A stretch of DNA of 64,000 nucleotides from the NCBI GenBank assembly GCA_036479435.1, contig JAZGFI010000288.1, positions 9,498 to 73,497 on the forward strand, in the 5' to 3' direction. The notes under the pieces are model-generated. The model made no database searches and was not told where the DNA came from. It worked only from the letters and a program-made list of their open reading frames with translations. The stretch is from Planctomycetota bacterium (GTDB lineage: Bacteria > Planctomycetota > GCA-002687715 > DRQF01). The translations under genes were made by a program, and so were the position numbers. This document shows, one piece after another, positions 1 through 11,328 of this stretch (its first letter is position 1; every line of letters starts with the position of its first letter).

Positions 1-33
1 CTCGCTGCGGACAGGAATGGACTTCGAATCGCT

Positions 34-1944
34 ATGGTCGACACTCCTGCGGCCAATAGGGGTTCGCGCATGCTGGAATGTCAAACGGTGGACCGGACTC
101 TCATCTTACCTCTCGCGATTCTCGATCCCGCCACTTCTGAGGCGGAGTCCTACCTGAGTCGGCAGATCCCCATCTTGTTGCGAAACCAGTTTAATCGACT
201 GGCTCCGGACGAGTTTTTGGCGTCGCCCCTGGCGATGGATGCCGACCAAGGACGCGCTTGGGTGATGACATCTGAGTGTATGCGGGACGAAACCGCATTG
301 ACATTGGCCCGTCGCCAAAAAGCCAACCATGTCGTCTTCGGCGCGCTAGGGGGGCCGCCGAGAGGGGGTCGCCATGGCGGCGCTTCGGCACCTCGGGTTC
401 TTTTCCTGCGCGGTCTCGACGTCGAGAGTGGCCGAGCCACTTTCGAGCGCACCTTCTCGGGGGATCTGCTGCGTGTGCTGCGTTGCGCGCTTAAGGTCCT
501 GGTTCAGTCCAGCCCGTCGCGTTTCGAATCTGTCGCCGACCGTTTTCGGCCCGGAACTCACAACGTGGAGGCCTTCGAGCAGTTTCTCCTTGGCCTCGAT
601 GTGCTGCTGGCCATCCGCACTCAAGGGATCGAACTGCCCGATCTCCAAGCTCTGTTCGATCCCTTCCATCGCGCCCTCAATCTCGATCCCTGCTACGCAG
701 ATGCCCTCACGGGGGGACTTACTTGCGCGATGCTCTTTGTGAAAACGGAGGGTCGCGAGTTGTCACTCGACCCCGCGTTGGCAGCGCTCACTGTCTGGGC
801 CGAGGATCATCCCGAGGACCACCGAGTACCTGCAGTCCATAGCGAACTGTTGGTTAGGCGCGGCCGGCATGTGGAGGCCTATGACTTAGTACGCCGCGCG
901 CTTGATACACAATTCAGCTGGGACATTGACCTTATGAAGCGCCGTGGTGAACTCGAACTTCGACTGGGCCGCAATGAAGAAGCGCTGGTGAGTCTCGAAG
1001 CCTGCCTTGAAAAAAGCGATGACCCGGAGATCCGAGTCAAATGCGCCGCCGCAGCTAGTGCGGCGGGAATGGTCGAACGTTCACGCGAGCACCTTTTGTG
1101 GTTGCTGGACAGTGAAACCCAAGACGCCGGGCTATGGTGTCGACTTGCCTTGCTGGAGAAACGCTCGAAGGACCTACCGGCAATGTGGCGCGCTTTCGCC
1201 CGCATGTTCGATTCGCATACCGCACCAACCTGTGGCGAACTTACCAAGCTCACCGTTACTCTCGCAGAAGCACCTCCGCCGCCGGAATTCGTGGCATCCC
1301 TAAGGCGATGGTATCCGCCGCACGACTTTGACTCCGCACAACGCCTGTTCTTTGCGCGCGCCCTACGCATGGGGGGAGCGGTCATGGAATCGCGGCTATG
1401 CCTCCAGACCTCGAAGCTCGCAGATCTGAAAGATGACGAGGCCTTGATGTGGCGACGGGAGCGTTTGAATCTAGACCTGGCTGGTTTCGATGCGCGATTC
1501 GAAGAACTCGCCCTGGCCTTGTCGAACGCTGGCGACCCTCGCCCGCAGGACGGCGCTTTTCTTCAGGATGCTCTGAAGCTTGAAGAGGAGTTTTGGCCGG
1601 CTCGTTTTCTGCTCGCGCTTTGGCACGCGCGGCAGGGGGGCTGCGCGCTCGCGATTCGCGAGCTGGATAGGGTTATCAAGCAACGACCCACCAGCGATCT
1701 CGCCTGGTACACGCGCGGTATCCAGTGTTTGAAGCTCGACCGCATCCAGCAAGCCCGTGCGAGCCTTGAGCGCGCGATCTTGCTCAACGCCGAAGAGGCC
1801 GAGTATCACTGCCATCTCGCCCTCTGCCTGCTGCGTCTGGAAGGCCAGGCTCCGGCCCTGAGAGCACTTGCTAGGGCCCGACAGCTGCGCCCAGAGCACC
1901 CAGATAACGAGAGGGTGCAGTCGCAGATCGAGGCCATGGGCTGA
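34..1944 (+). CDS. TPR-repeat protein with an N-terminal alpha/beta domain
   Basis: 636-aa ORF with several TPR-like helix pairs (e.g. [43 protein letters not shown]). The start could be the ATG at 70. First gene of an apparent operon with the Hsp70. Confidence 0.75.
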   Translation: MVDTPAANRGSRMLECQTVDRTLILPLAILDPATSEAESYLSRQIPILLRNQFNRLAPDEFLASPLAMDADQGRAWVMTSECMRDETALTLARRQKANHVVFGALGGPPRGGRHGGASAPRVLFLRGLDVESGRATFERTFSGDLLRVLRCALKVLVQSSPSRFESVADRFRPGTHNVEAFEQFLLGLDVLLAIRTQGIELPDLQALFDPFHRALNLDPCYADALTGGLTCAMLFVKTEGRELSLDPALAALTVWAEDHPEDHRVPAVHSELLVRRGRHVEAYDLVRRALDTQFSWDIDLMKRRGELELRLGRNEEALVSLEACLEKSDDPEIRVKCAAAASAAGMVERSREHLLWLLDSETQDAGLWCRLALLEKRSKDLPAMWRAFARMFDSHTAPTCGELTKLTVTLAEAPPPPEFVASLRRWYPPHDFDSAQRLFFARALRMGGAVMESRLCLQTSKLADLKDDEALMWRRERLNLDLAGFDARFEELALALSNAGDPRPQDGAFLQDALKLEEEFWPARFLLALWHARQGGCALAIRELDRVIKQRPTSDLAWYTRGIQCLKLDRIQQARASLERAILLNAEEAEYHCHLALCLLRLEGQAPALRALARARQLRPEHPDNERVQSQIEAMG

Positions 1945-1963
1945 GTTGTTAGACTCGTCCCCC

Positions 1964-3712
1964 ATGGAAACCGATTCGAACTCAAATCCAGCCACCTTCA
2001 TCTTGGGCATCGACCTCGGCACTACGAATAGTGCAGTAGCGGTGTTCCGCGAAGGTGAAGTGGCCGTCATGTCCAACGCTTTGGGTGAGAGCCTTACGCC
2101 CTCGGTGGTGGCACGTGACCCCGAAGACGGCAGGGTGATCGTCGGGCAGACCGCCAAAGAAATTTCGCTCTCGCACCCCGATTGTGCGGCCTCGGTCTTC
2201 AAGCGAGACATGGCATCAGAACGCGAGTACGCTTTGGCGGGGGCTTTTTTCACGCCAATCGAGTTGTCGGCATTCGTTCTGAAATCTCTGAAATCTGACG
2301 CCTTGAGAGTTCTCGGACAAGAGGTCTGCAAAGCGGTCATCACCGTTCCCGCATACTTCGCCGAGGAACAGCGCCAAGCGACCAAGCGCGCCGGGGAGTT
2401 GGCGGGCTTGGAGGTCGTTCGGATCTTGAACGAACCGACCGCGGCCGCGATGGCCTACGGACTGCACCGTCGCGATCGGGACGGAAGCTTCTTGGTTTTT
2501 GACCTCGGCGGAGGAACTTTCGATGTCAGCATCATGGAGCTCTTTGAGGGCTCACTCGAAGTCCTGAGTACCGCGGGCGAAAGCCGCTTGGGAGGAGAAG
2601 ACTTCACGCGTCGGCTGATTTCTTACGGGATGAAACAAGCCGGCGTCGATCCCTCCTCAGAGTGGAGCGACCCCGTTGCCTTCGCCCGCCTCTATCGTCG
2701 CGCCGAATTGGCAAAACGTGCTCTCAGCGAGCACGACACCGCGACCTTGGAAGTTCCACCCTTCGGGGGGGATGGATTGGCAACAACGATCGTTTTGGAT
2801 CGCGAAGTGTGCCGTCCGCTCTGGCAAGAACTCTTGGATCGCATTGCAAAGCCCTGCCGGACCGCGGTTCGAGGCGCCGATCTTGAAATCGAAGACCTCG
2901 ACGAAGTTGTGCTCGTCGGCGGTGCTACCAGAATGCCGGTTATCCGCGAACTCGTGGCGAAGTTGTTTGATGTGCACTTGCGAGTCGAGGTCGACCCCGA
3001 CCTCGCCATTACGGAGGGCGCGGCGCTACAGGCCGCCCTCTATGCCAACGACCAAGCGGTCAGCGACGTTGTCGTAACGGATGTGCTTTCTCACAGTTTG
3101 GGTGTCGATGTCAGCTACGAGATCGCGGGCAAGTTGATCAACGGGAATTTCAGCCCGGTCATTCACCGCAACACAACGATTCCGACCTCGCGCACCGAGA
3201 CCTACTACACGATCTTTGATCAGCAGACTGAGATCAACTTCGGCATTTACGAGGGTGAAGCGCGCAAGGTCAAGAACTGCCGAAAAGTCGGCTTGCTCAA
3301 AGTCAAGGGAGTCCCCAAGAACGCCGCCGGGAAAGAGGGCGTCGAAGTGCGCTTCACTTACGATCTTGGCGGCATGCTCGAAGTTGAAGCAAAAGTGCTT
3401 TCGAGCGGCAAAATCATCAACAAGGTTTTCGAGCGCAGCCTCAAACCGCTCAGCGACAAAGAGCGCAGCAAGGCCATGGCGCGTTTGAAACAGCTCAAAG
3501 TAGATCCCTCAGAGAAAGCGTTGAATCGTGATCTGTTGGCGCGTGCCGATGGCCTGTTGGAAGAAGTGGGGCCCGAAGCCCGCGACCAATTGGAGTACTA
3601 CATCCGCGGCTTTGAGGAAGCTCTCGAAACGCGGACACCTAGGCCTATCAAAGAGACGAGGCGCCAACTTCGCGAAGTCTGTGATCGGATAGACGAAGGC
3701 AATCGCTGGTAG
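1964..3712 (+). CDS. hscC: Hsp70-family chaperone, HscC (Hsc62)-like
   Basis: Hsp70 motifs [41 protein letters not shown] and LVGGATRMP. Short HscC-type C-terminus ([24 protein letters not shown]...). Start placed at ATG 1964, just after the upstream stop. Confidence 0.85.
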   Translation: METDSNSNPATFILGIDLGTTNSAVAVFREGEVAVMSNALGESLTPSVVARDPEDGRVIVGQTAKEISLSHPDCAASVFKRDMASEREYALAGAFFTPIELSAFVLKSLKSDALRVLGQEVCKAVITVPAYFAEEQRQATKRAGELAGLEVVRILNEPTAAAMAYGLHRRDRDGSFLVFDLGGGTFDVSIMELFEGSLEVLSTAGESRLGGEDFTRRLISYGMKQAGVDPSSEWSDPVAFARLYRRAELAKRALSEHDTATLEVPPFGGDGLATTIVLDREVCRPLWQELLDRIAKPCRTAVRGADLEIEDLDEVVLVGGATRMPVIRELVAKLFDVHLRVEVDPDLAITEGAALQAALYANDQAVSDVVVTDVLSHSLGVDVSYEIAGKLINGNFSPVIHRNTTIPTSRTETYYTIFDQQTEINFGIYEGEARKVKNCRKVGLLKVKGVPKNAAGKEGVEVRFTYDLGGMLEVEAKVLSSGKIINKVFERSLKPLSDKERSKAMARLKQLKVDPSEKALNRDLLARADGLLEEVGPEARDQLEYYIRGFEEALETRTPRPIKETRRQLREVCDRIDEGNRW

Positions 3713-3719
3713 TTCGCGA

Positions 3720-5441
3720 GTGGCGGAACTTCCCGATAGCAACGACCCCTTCGAAGTGCTCGGCGTCGAGCCCGGAGCCGATCGAAAGACGATCAAGCGC
3801 GCCTACATTGCGCTCGTCAAGCGCTTCAAGCCCGAGCACTTTCCCGACGAGTTTCAACGCATTCGAGCGGCCTACGAGACGCTTCGAGAGAGTGCGGCGC
3901 AGACGGCATCCCTGCCCTTTCTCGACGAGGCTTGGCAAGAGTCCGAAGCTTCCCAAGAAAGCGAGGGTGTCGATCCCGACTGCCTTGAGCCGCCATCTCA
4001 AGAACCGGTGGAACCCATTTCCCCAAACGACGCGAGGGATCAAGAGGAAGAAGTCGCGGCAGACTTTGAAGTCGAGGTGGAGTTTCGCGAAGTCTACGAT
4101 TCGGAGGAGCGCGCCGAGCCGGGCGAGGATTCTGATGAGCCCAGCGAACTATGGAGCCTGGTGCTCGAAGATCAATTTGAGGAGGCCCTCATCGGCTACG
4201 AAAGCGCGTTGGCGGCAAGGCCCGACGAGACGCGGCTTTACTTCGAGCGATACGCTCTTGATGCACGGCGGGGGGAGAGTCGCGAGGTTGCGCAGGCTTG
4301 GTTGATTCTCGCGTTCAAGAACAAGCTCGATATCTGCGCCTTTCTGCGCAACGTGGTCCCGCCGGGCGAGCGCCCGGGAATCGCCGTTCGTGATGATTGG
4401 GGAGCCGAAGATCTCATCGACCACCCGGATTCATTTGGTGCTTCTTGGATTTGGCGGCTTCGAATCGAGAGTTTCTTGTGCCTGGGAAAAATCGAACGGG
4501 TGGCGCGTGAGCTTGGCACGGCGCGTTATCAAAGTCTCGCCGCCAACGACGATTTCTACCTGGGGATAGCTCAGCGAGCTGCGGCGGTGGGGGCTTGGTA
4601 CGGACCTGACGCGGCGGCGCCGATCGAGGAATGGGCTCTCGAGGAAGCTAGTGGCTATCCCGAGCTTTTGTTCGAGACCAAAGCCGTGCGTGGCGATGCC
4701 TGGCGAGAGCATCCAATGCCCGACCGGCTCTTTCGTTGGTTCGGAGTTGCCGACACGATCTATTGGGACTCAAGTGTGCTGATGGCCGACGCTGTGTTTG
4801 CCGATGTCGAAGACCGGCCCTTCGAGTATCACGAAGTTCTACTGAAGATGGCGGAAGAGCCCGAGAAGCACTCTTTTTTGAAAGATGTGAACGACACGCT
4901 GGAGTACCTCGTCGAAGTTGAGGACGACGAAGGAGGTTTCTTTTTGGATTTCGACACGGGCGTCGAGCCTCCAAGTCTTGAAGTCATGGAAGATGCCTTG
5001 GGTGGAATACCCAGGCCCAAGTCGCGGATTCGGGTGCTGGTCAGCACTATCAATAGCTCCGGGATGTGGTTGTATTTTGCCATGATTCCTTTACTCATCG
5101 GCGCGGTCTTTACCGAGCCGTACTGGGCCCTAAGTGACCCCAGTGTGCGGTTTATTCTGATCATTGCCATCGGCATTGCGATCTTCAGAATGCCCGCGGC
5201 CTACAGGAAGTACGGCAAGCATGACGCGCAGCGCTTGGACTTGTCGACCGTGACCCTTGAATACTACCGGCGGCTACTTAACGTCGGGGCAAAACCCAGT
5301 CAGGCGCGCGAGTTCCTGGCGGACCGATGCGTGGCACTCCGATTCGACGCGAGCCAACTGCCTCGGATTCGCCGATCCCAAGCGCTACGCTTTTTGACCC
5401 TGCTCTATCGCGTGCAGAAAAGGGTCCCCGATGATCAATGA
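3720..5441 (+). CDS. J-domain co-chaperone (DjlB/DjlC-like) with acidic linker and C-terminal transmembrane helices
   Basis: N-terminal DPFEVLGVEPGADRKTIKRAYIALVKRFKPEHFPDEFQRIRAAYETLR is a J-domain with KPE in place of HPD. Two hydrophobic segments lie near the C-terminus. Starts 7 bp after the Hsp70 stop. Confidence 0.8.
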   Translation: MAELPDSNDPFEVLGVEPGADRKTIKRAYIALVKRFKPEHFPDEFQRIRAAYETLRESAAQTASLPFLDEAWQESEASQESEGVDPDCLEPPSQEPVEPISPNDARDQEEEVAADFEVEVEFREVYDSEERAEPGEDSDEPSELWSLVLEDQFEEALIGYESALAARPDETRLYFERYALDARRGESREVAQAWLILAFKNKLDICAFLRNVVPPGERPGIAVRDDWGAEDLIDHPDSFGASWIWRLRIESFLCLGKIERVARELGTARYQSLAANDDFYLGIAQRAAAVGAWYGPDAAAPIEEWALEEASGYPELLFETKAVRGDAWREHPMPDRLFRWFGVADTIYWDSSVLMADAVFADVEDRPFEYHEVLLKMAEEPEKHSFLKDVNDTLEYLVEVEDDEGGFFLDFDTGVEPPSLEVMEDALGGIPRPKSRIRVLVSTINSSGMWLYFAMIPLLIGAVFTEPYWALSDPSVRFILIIAIGIAIFRMPAAYRKYGKHDAQRLDLSTVTLEYYRRLLNVGAKPSQAREFLADRCVALRFDASQLPRIRRSQALRFLTLLYRVQKRVPDDQ

Positions 5442-5859
5442 GCTTCGAAGTGCCCTGGGCTGGATTGCGATCTCAATGAGTCTCTTCGGTATTTCCTGCG
5501 CCGGGGTAGAACCCGGCAAAACCGGGGAGCCCATGGTCGGCTCCAATCTCGAGACGATCGCTCCGATCGAAGTCGTGGGCCCACGGCGGCGCGTGGCCGT
5601 ATACGTTCGTCCGGATAGTCAACAAACCGTGGTTCAAATTGGTTCCACGACGGTGATCTTTCGCGACCACGCCGGATACCATGGCCGCATCACGCCCTCG
5701 GCGGGATGGCTGCGAATCGGCGATCTCAACCTCAATTATCGCCAAAAGAAGCTTCAGATTCGCAGTCGGCGAGGCTGGGCTAACTTTGATCTCGGTGAGG
5801 GGCTAGCGCTCTACGCAGGGCAGGACGGACAGATCGGTCGAAGCATTTTTCGCCCCTAG
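5431..5859 (+). CDS. hypothetical lipoprotein
   Basis: Overlaps the upstream stop. Hydrophobic signal ending in a lipobox-like GISC, followed by a beta-rich body. Confidence 0.55.
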   Translation: MINELRSALGWIAISMSLFGISCAGVEPGKTGEPMVGSNLETIAPIEVVGPRRRVAVYVRPDSQQTVVQIGSTTVIFRDHAGYHGRITPSAGWLRIGDLNLNYRQKKLQIRSRRGWANFDLGEGLALYAGQDGQIGRSIFRP

Positions 5860-5926
5860 GCCGCAGCGGCTGGAAAGAAGGGGGTCGGGCACCTATCCTG
5901 CAAGTCTAACAACAGGGAGCCCCGAC

Positions 5927-7687
<1,761 letters not shown>

Positions 7688-7696
7688 TGTCAGTTG

Positions 7697-7765
7697 GGTG
7701 CCAGGCACCACGCCGTCACTTTTCCGTGCCTGGCACCGCAGAGTGACGGCGTGGTGCCTGGCACC
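7697..7765. repeat. REP-like palindromic element (perfect 24-bp inverted repeat)
   Basis: ggtgccaggcaccacgccgtcact (7697-7720) and its exact reverse complement (7742-7765), with a third gtgcctggcacc copy in the loop (7726-7737). Lies between convergent genes. Confidence 0.85.
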
Positions 7766-7784
7766 GAATGTGATTTTTGTGATT

Positions 7785-8240
7785 TTAGTGCAGCCAGGGT
7801 TCGTAGCGGCGGGAGGGGTTTGACACCACCAAGGTACCCGCTTCGATCGGGCGCAGCCTCGGGTCGAGTTCGTAGGCGGCTTCGATATCGTCGTCGCCTT
7901 CGCCTTCATCCCCGACCTCATTCAACAGCAGGCCTCGTACCCACAATGCCAAGGCGAATTCAGGATCGTACTCGATAGCGAGGTCGTAGGCCTCAAGGGC
8001 CTGCTCCAGTTCACCCATTTCTTCGAGCGCGGAACCAATGCCGTACTGGGCTCCGGCGTATTTTGGGCGCATCAAAAGCGCCTGGCGGAAGCTCGCCAGG
8101 GCGTCGTCCGGTTTGTCGTCGCGGATGGAGTCGAAGCCCTTGCGACAAAGAACCTGGGCTCCCCCACGCTCGAAGGCAACCTCGTCGTTGCCGCAACTCA
8201 AAGCGCTCGCAAGAACGAAAAACAACAGGAACGCGCGCAT
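7785..8240 (-). CDS. TPR-repeat lipoprotein
   Basis: Signal peptide with lipobox ALSC and three TPR repeats (AQYGIGSALEEMGELEQALEAYDLAIEYDPEFALALW). Confidence 0.8.
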   Translation of the reverse strand: MRAFLLFFVLASALSCGNDEVAFERGGAQVLCRKGFDSIRDDKPDDALASFRQALLMRPKYAGAQYGIGSALEEMGELEQALEAYDLAIEYDPEFALALWVRGLLLNEVGDEGEGDDDIEAAYELDPRLRPIEAGTLVVSNPSRRYEPWLH

Positions 8241-8360
8241 GGATGAACTCCGCTTGGCCCTCAGTGCCCTCTTGATGGCAGCGGTGGGCGAATACTCTCA
8301 ACCGGAGTATCGGCGGGTTGTCAGGCCGAACTTGAATTCGGGGTCCGAAGTCGACCGGGG

Positions 8361-8708
8361 TCATTGCGGGTTGGTTTCGAGCTCGATGTCAACGGCTCCG
8401 TCGCCACCGGCGTCCATCCGAGCCGACTTGTAGTCCAAGACGATGCCATCGCGCTGAAGGCCTGCGAGGAGGCCCAGTACGGTGGGACGAACCACGGGGC
8501 CGCGTGCAGAGTTGCGGCCGCGGCCGGTAATGATGCGGACCCTAGCCCAGCCGCGGCGGCGGGCGTCTTCAAGAAAGTCGCGCGCCAAGCGCCGAATATC
8601 CGTCGGGCTCAACACGCCTCGATCGTGAAAATCAAAACTCGCCTTCGGTTCGTTCAAGTGCGCGTAGCGATTTTCGGCGCGTGGCCGGTCTTTTTTCTTC
8701 TTGGCCAT
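8361..8708 (-). CDS. stand-alone Smr/MutS2 C-terminal domain protein
   Basis: Smr motifs FDFH, VRIITGRGRNS and GGDGAVDI. Confidence 0.85.
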   Translation of the reverse strand: MAKKKKDRPRAENRYAHLNEPKASFDFHDRGVLSPTDIRRLARDFLEDARRRGWARVRIITGRGRNSARGPVVRPTVLGLLAGLQRDGIVLDYKSARMDAGGDGAVDIELETNPQ

Positions 8709-8720
8709 CGCCGCTGCGCC

Positions 8721-10370
8721 TTAGGTTTCTGAATTCGGATCTAAGAGCCGCTCGATCCCATCGCGTTGCTGGGGTGACAGGGTTTCGAGTTCGAGGCGGC
8801 TCGCGAGGATCTGGGCTTCGCGCCTTTCGGCGGGACCTTTGCCCGTCAAGTGATGTACCAAGGCGAAGCGACTTTGCGAACTGAGTGCTCCGGAAGACTC
8901 GAGATGGCTCGCGAGTGTGTAGCCTGTCGTGCGGGCTAGGGGCGCTAGGATGTCGATGCACCTTCGAAAGTGCGAATTCTCAAGCGCGAAGTTGGATTCC
9001 GCCGCGGCAAGATTGGCCAAGGCCAGATTGAGACGGTTCTCATGATCTGACAAGCGAAGCCGAACCAAGGGCTGAAGCAGCGCAATGACGAAACTGAAGT
9101 TCCTCTCCCTCAAATACTGGATGGCAAGGGCGCTCAGGCTTTCGTTGAGTTGCTCCGGATCGTGGCGCGCGAGAAAAACTAGCGGGGGTGATTCCCCCCG
9201 GTCTGGTTCCTTAGCTTGCGATTCGACATAGGCTCCTAACACGGCCTCAAAACGTGCAGCGGTCAAGGTGTCGCGACTGAGATTCGCGAGTTCGGCGATT
9301 TCGGAAGGGAGATAGCGCGACCGCCTTTGACCCATCGCTTCCATCAAGATGTCGGCTCCCTCAGGGAGATCGCTAAGGCGCCAAATCGAAAGCTGGCGTA
9401 GGCGCGAGTGCCTTGAGTAGAGATGCTCTTCGAGGTCAGGGATGGCGCCGGCACCGAGCTGTTGTGCCAAGGCCCCGAGTGCAAACTCAGCGACTAAAAA
9501 GTGCTCGGACTTCAGAAGCTCGCGCAGGCAATCGGCGTCGAGCCCGGTATTATCGTGTGCGGCAAGTGCGCTCAGCGAGGGCCGGATGATGCTGTCCACT
9601 CCTGATTCTTGCAGATAGGGCAAGACTTGCTCGCGAAGCCTTGAGACTTCTTCTCGGCTCAGTGACAGGAAGCAAAGCGCCTTAAGCGCGTGTTTGCGAA
9701 CGCCCGCAGCTTGCTCGGGAGTCGTGAAGAACAGCGCGCCCTCCAAAGTGCTGGCCGAAGGCACACACTCTAGTAGTCGCAGCGAAGTGATGACAACGTG
9801 CTCACAGGCCTCCGATCCGAGCGTTCGCTGCCTTGTGAGTTCGGCCCCAACGCGTTCGCAGGCGTAGTTTCTGAGTTCTTCGGGCATCTTTGGGAGATTC
9901 TCAAGCAGGCAGACACTCATGGCCCGGGCCTGTTCCCAAGTGCAGTCAGCGAGTCGGTCGAACAACATCGCCAAGGATTCATGGTGAGGGATGCCAGCCA
10001 GCGCTTTGATGTAGCCGCCGGAGCGCCAGCCCTTTTCGTCTCGGTGCCGGTCGCGAATCGCGGGCAATGCGTCGAGCGCGAATTCACGCAACACGTTGAC
10101 CACTTGCTCGGCCAAAGAACCGGGTTCTTCAAGGAAACCCAAAATCGACGGCAAGATGGACGGATCGTTGCTGGCTCCCAAGGCGTCGATGAAGTAGCTC
10201 GCCTCAGAGCGCGCCGCAGAGCTGAGGTGAACTTGCAGGGCGTCAAGAGTTGCCGGCGATACGGGGCGCAGACGGCCCAAGACCAAAGCTGCAGCGGAGC
10301 GTAGCTCGTGGTCGCCAGAATTGAGCAGCCTCAGGATCTGCTTCAAGTTGGAATCAGCTTCGAGAGTCAC
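8721..10370 (-). CDS. HEAT-repeat protein
   Basis: 549-aa helical ORF with HEAT-like units (LLNSGDHELRSAAALVLGRL, LLKSEHFLVAEFALGAL). Translationally coupled to the upstream methyltransferase. Confidence 0.7.
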   Translation of the reverse strand: MTLEADSNLKQILRLLNSGDHELRSAAALVLGRLRPVSPATLDALQVHLSSAARSEASYFIDALGASNDPSILPSILGFLEEPGSLAEQVVNVLREFALDALPAIRDRHRDEKGWRSGGYIKALAGIPHHESLAMLFDRLADCTWEQARAMSVCLLENLPKMPEELRNYACERVGAELTRQRTLGSEACEHVVITSLRLLECVPSASTLEGALFFTTPEQAAGVRKHALKALCFLSLSREEVSRLREQVLPYLQESGVDSIIRPSLSALAAHDNTGLDADCLRELLKSEHFLVAEFALGALAQQLGAGAIPDLEEHLYSRHSRLRQLSIWRLSDLPEGADILMEAMGQRRSRYLPSEIAELANLSRDTLTAARFEAVLGAYVESQAKEPDRGESPPLVFLARHDPEQLNESLSALAIQYLRERNFSFVIALLQPLVRLRLSDHENRLNLALANLAAAESNFALENSHFRRCIDILAPLARTTGYTLASHLESSGALSSQSRFALVHHLTGKGPAERREAQILASRLELETLSPQQRDGIERLLDPNSET

Positions 10371-11164
10371 GAAGGGCCTTCTTCGTCCGGCGTCGATGCC
10401 GCCTCGTCGCGAGGCCTTGGGAGTAGGGCGCGGCCATCGATGAGCTTTTGGATGCGCCGTACCAAGCCGAAGATGTGCCTCGTGTCGCGAGTTTGAATGG
10501 GTGCCGTCCTCAGTAGCCGCGCCATGGAGCCCTCGATGGCCTGGCGGCTGCCATCATGGAGATAGCCGGTGTTCTCGCAGCAGGCAATCAACTCGCCGTA
10601 AAGTCGCTGTAGGGTTTCATCGTCCGCGACGGAGCCGAGGGCCGTCGAGGCCGATACGCTAAGTTCAGGGGCGGCTTGAAAAAGTTCGTAGGCCACGACC
10701 ATCACCGCCTGGGAGAGATTCAAGGAAGTGCGGTGGGCGCTGGTCTCGGCGGAGATCACCATTTGGCAACGAGTGAGTTCTTCGGCGAACAAGCCAAAGT
10801 CCTCGCGTCCGAAAAGCAGGGCGACTTTCCCGCGCCCCGCCTCCTGAAGAATGCGCGGTGCCGCGGCCCGTGGCGTCGCCGTTGGCCGCCGATGTCGCTC
10901 TCGCGCCGTGGTGCCGACGAGAAAACTGCAGTCGCTCACTGCATCGTCAAAAGTCGAAACGACTGTCGCTGATTCGAGGACGTCGTGGGCCCCGACCCCC
11001 ATTTCGCGGCATTCGTCATGCTCCAGCCAGGACTTTCCCAGCAAACGCAGGTCGCGTAGGCCGAAATTTTTCATCGCTCGGGCCGTCGACCCGACGTTAC
11101 GCGGGCCCTTTGGCTCGACGAGAACCACGCGGATGCGATCGAAAACCGAATTCTCTGAGCTCAC
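10367..11164 (-). CDS. trmJ: SpoU-family RNA methyltransferase (TrmJ/LasT group)
   Basis: IRVVLVEPKGPRNVGSTARAMKNFG, LLFGREDFGL and SLNLSQAVMVVAYE. Confidence 0.88.
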   Translation of the reverse strand: MSSENSVFDRIRVVLVEPKGPRNVGSTARAMKNFGLRDLRLLGKSWLEHDECREMGVGAHDVLESATVVSTFDDAVSDCSFLVGTTARERHRRPTATPRAAAPRILQEAGRGKVALLFGREDFGLFAEELTRCQMVISAETSAHRTSLNLSQAVMVVAYELFQAAPELSVSASTALGSVADDETLQRLYGELIACCENTGYLHDGSRQAIEGSMARLLRTAPIQTRDTRHIFGLVRRIQKLIDGRALLPRPRDEAASTPDEEGPS

Positions 11165-11328
11165 GAAGGCATTCCTCGAAACATCAACCCTTGAGCGTGC
11201 GATTTGGCTCGCTCCCTTACAATAGCCGATCCGAATCCAAGCGACGATGGACTCTGCGGAGTGAAAAACCGATAATCGAAGGCGAGTGGACTCGGTGCCA
11301 TGATGGGCGCCCCTAGAAAGGTAACTGC

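Noticed and set aside
7694..7978. Small ORFs containing VVPGT/GARHH motifs
   Set aside because: These are translations of the palindromic repeat plus the antisense of the TPR lipoprotein.
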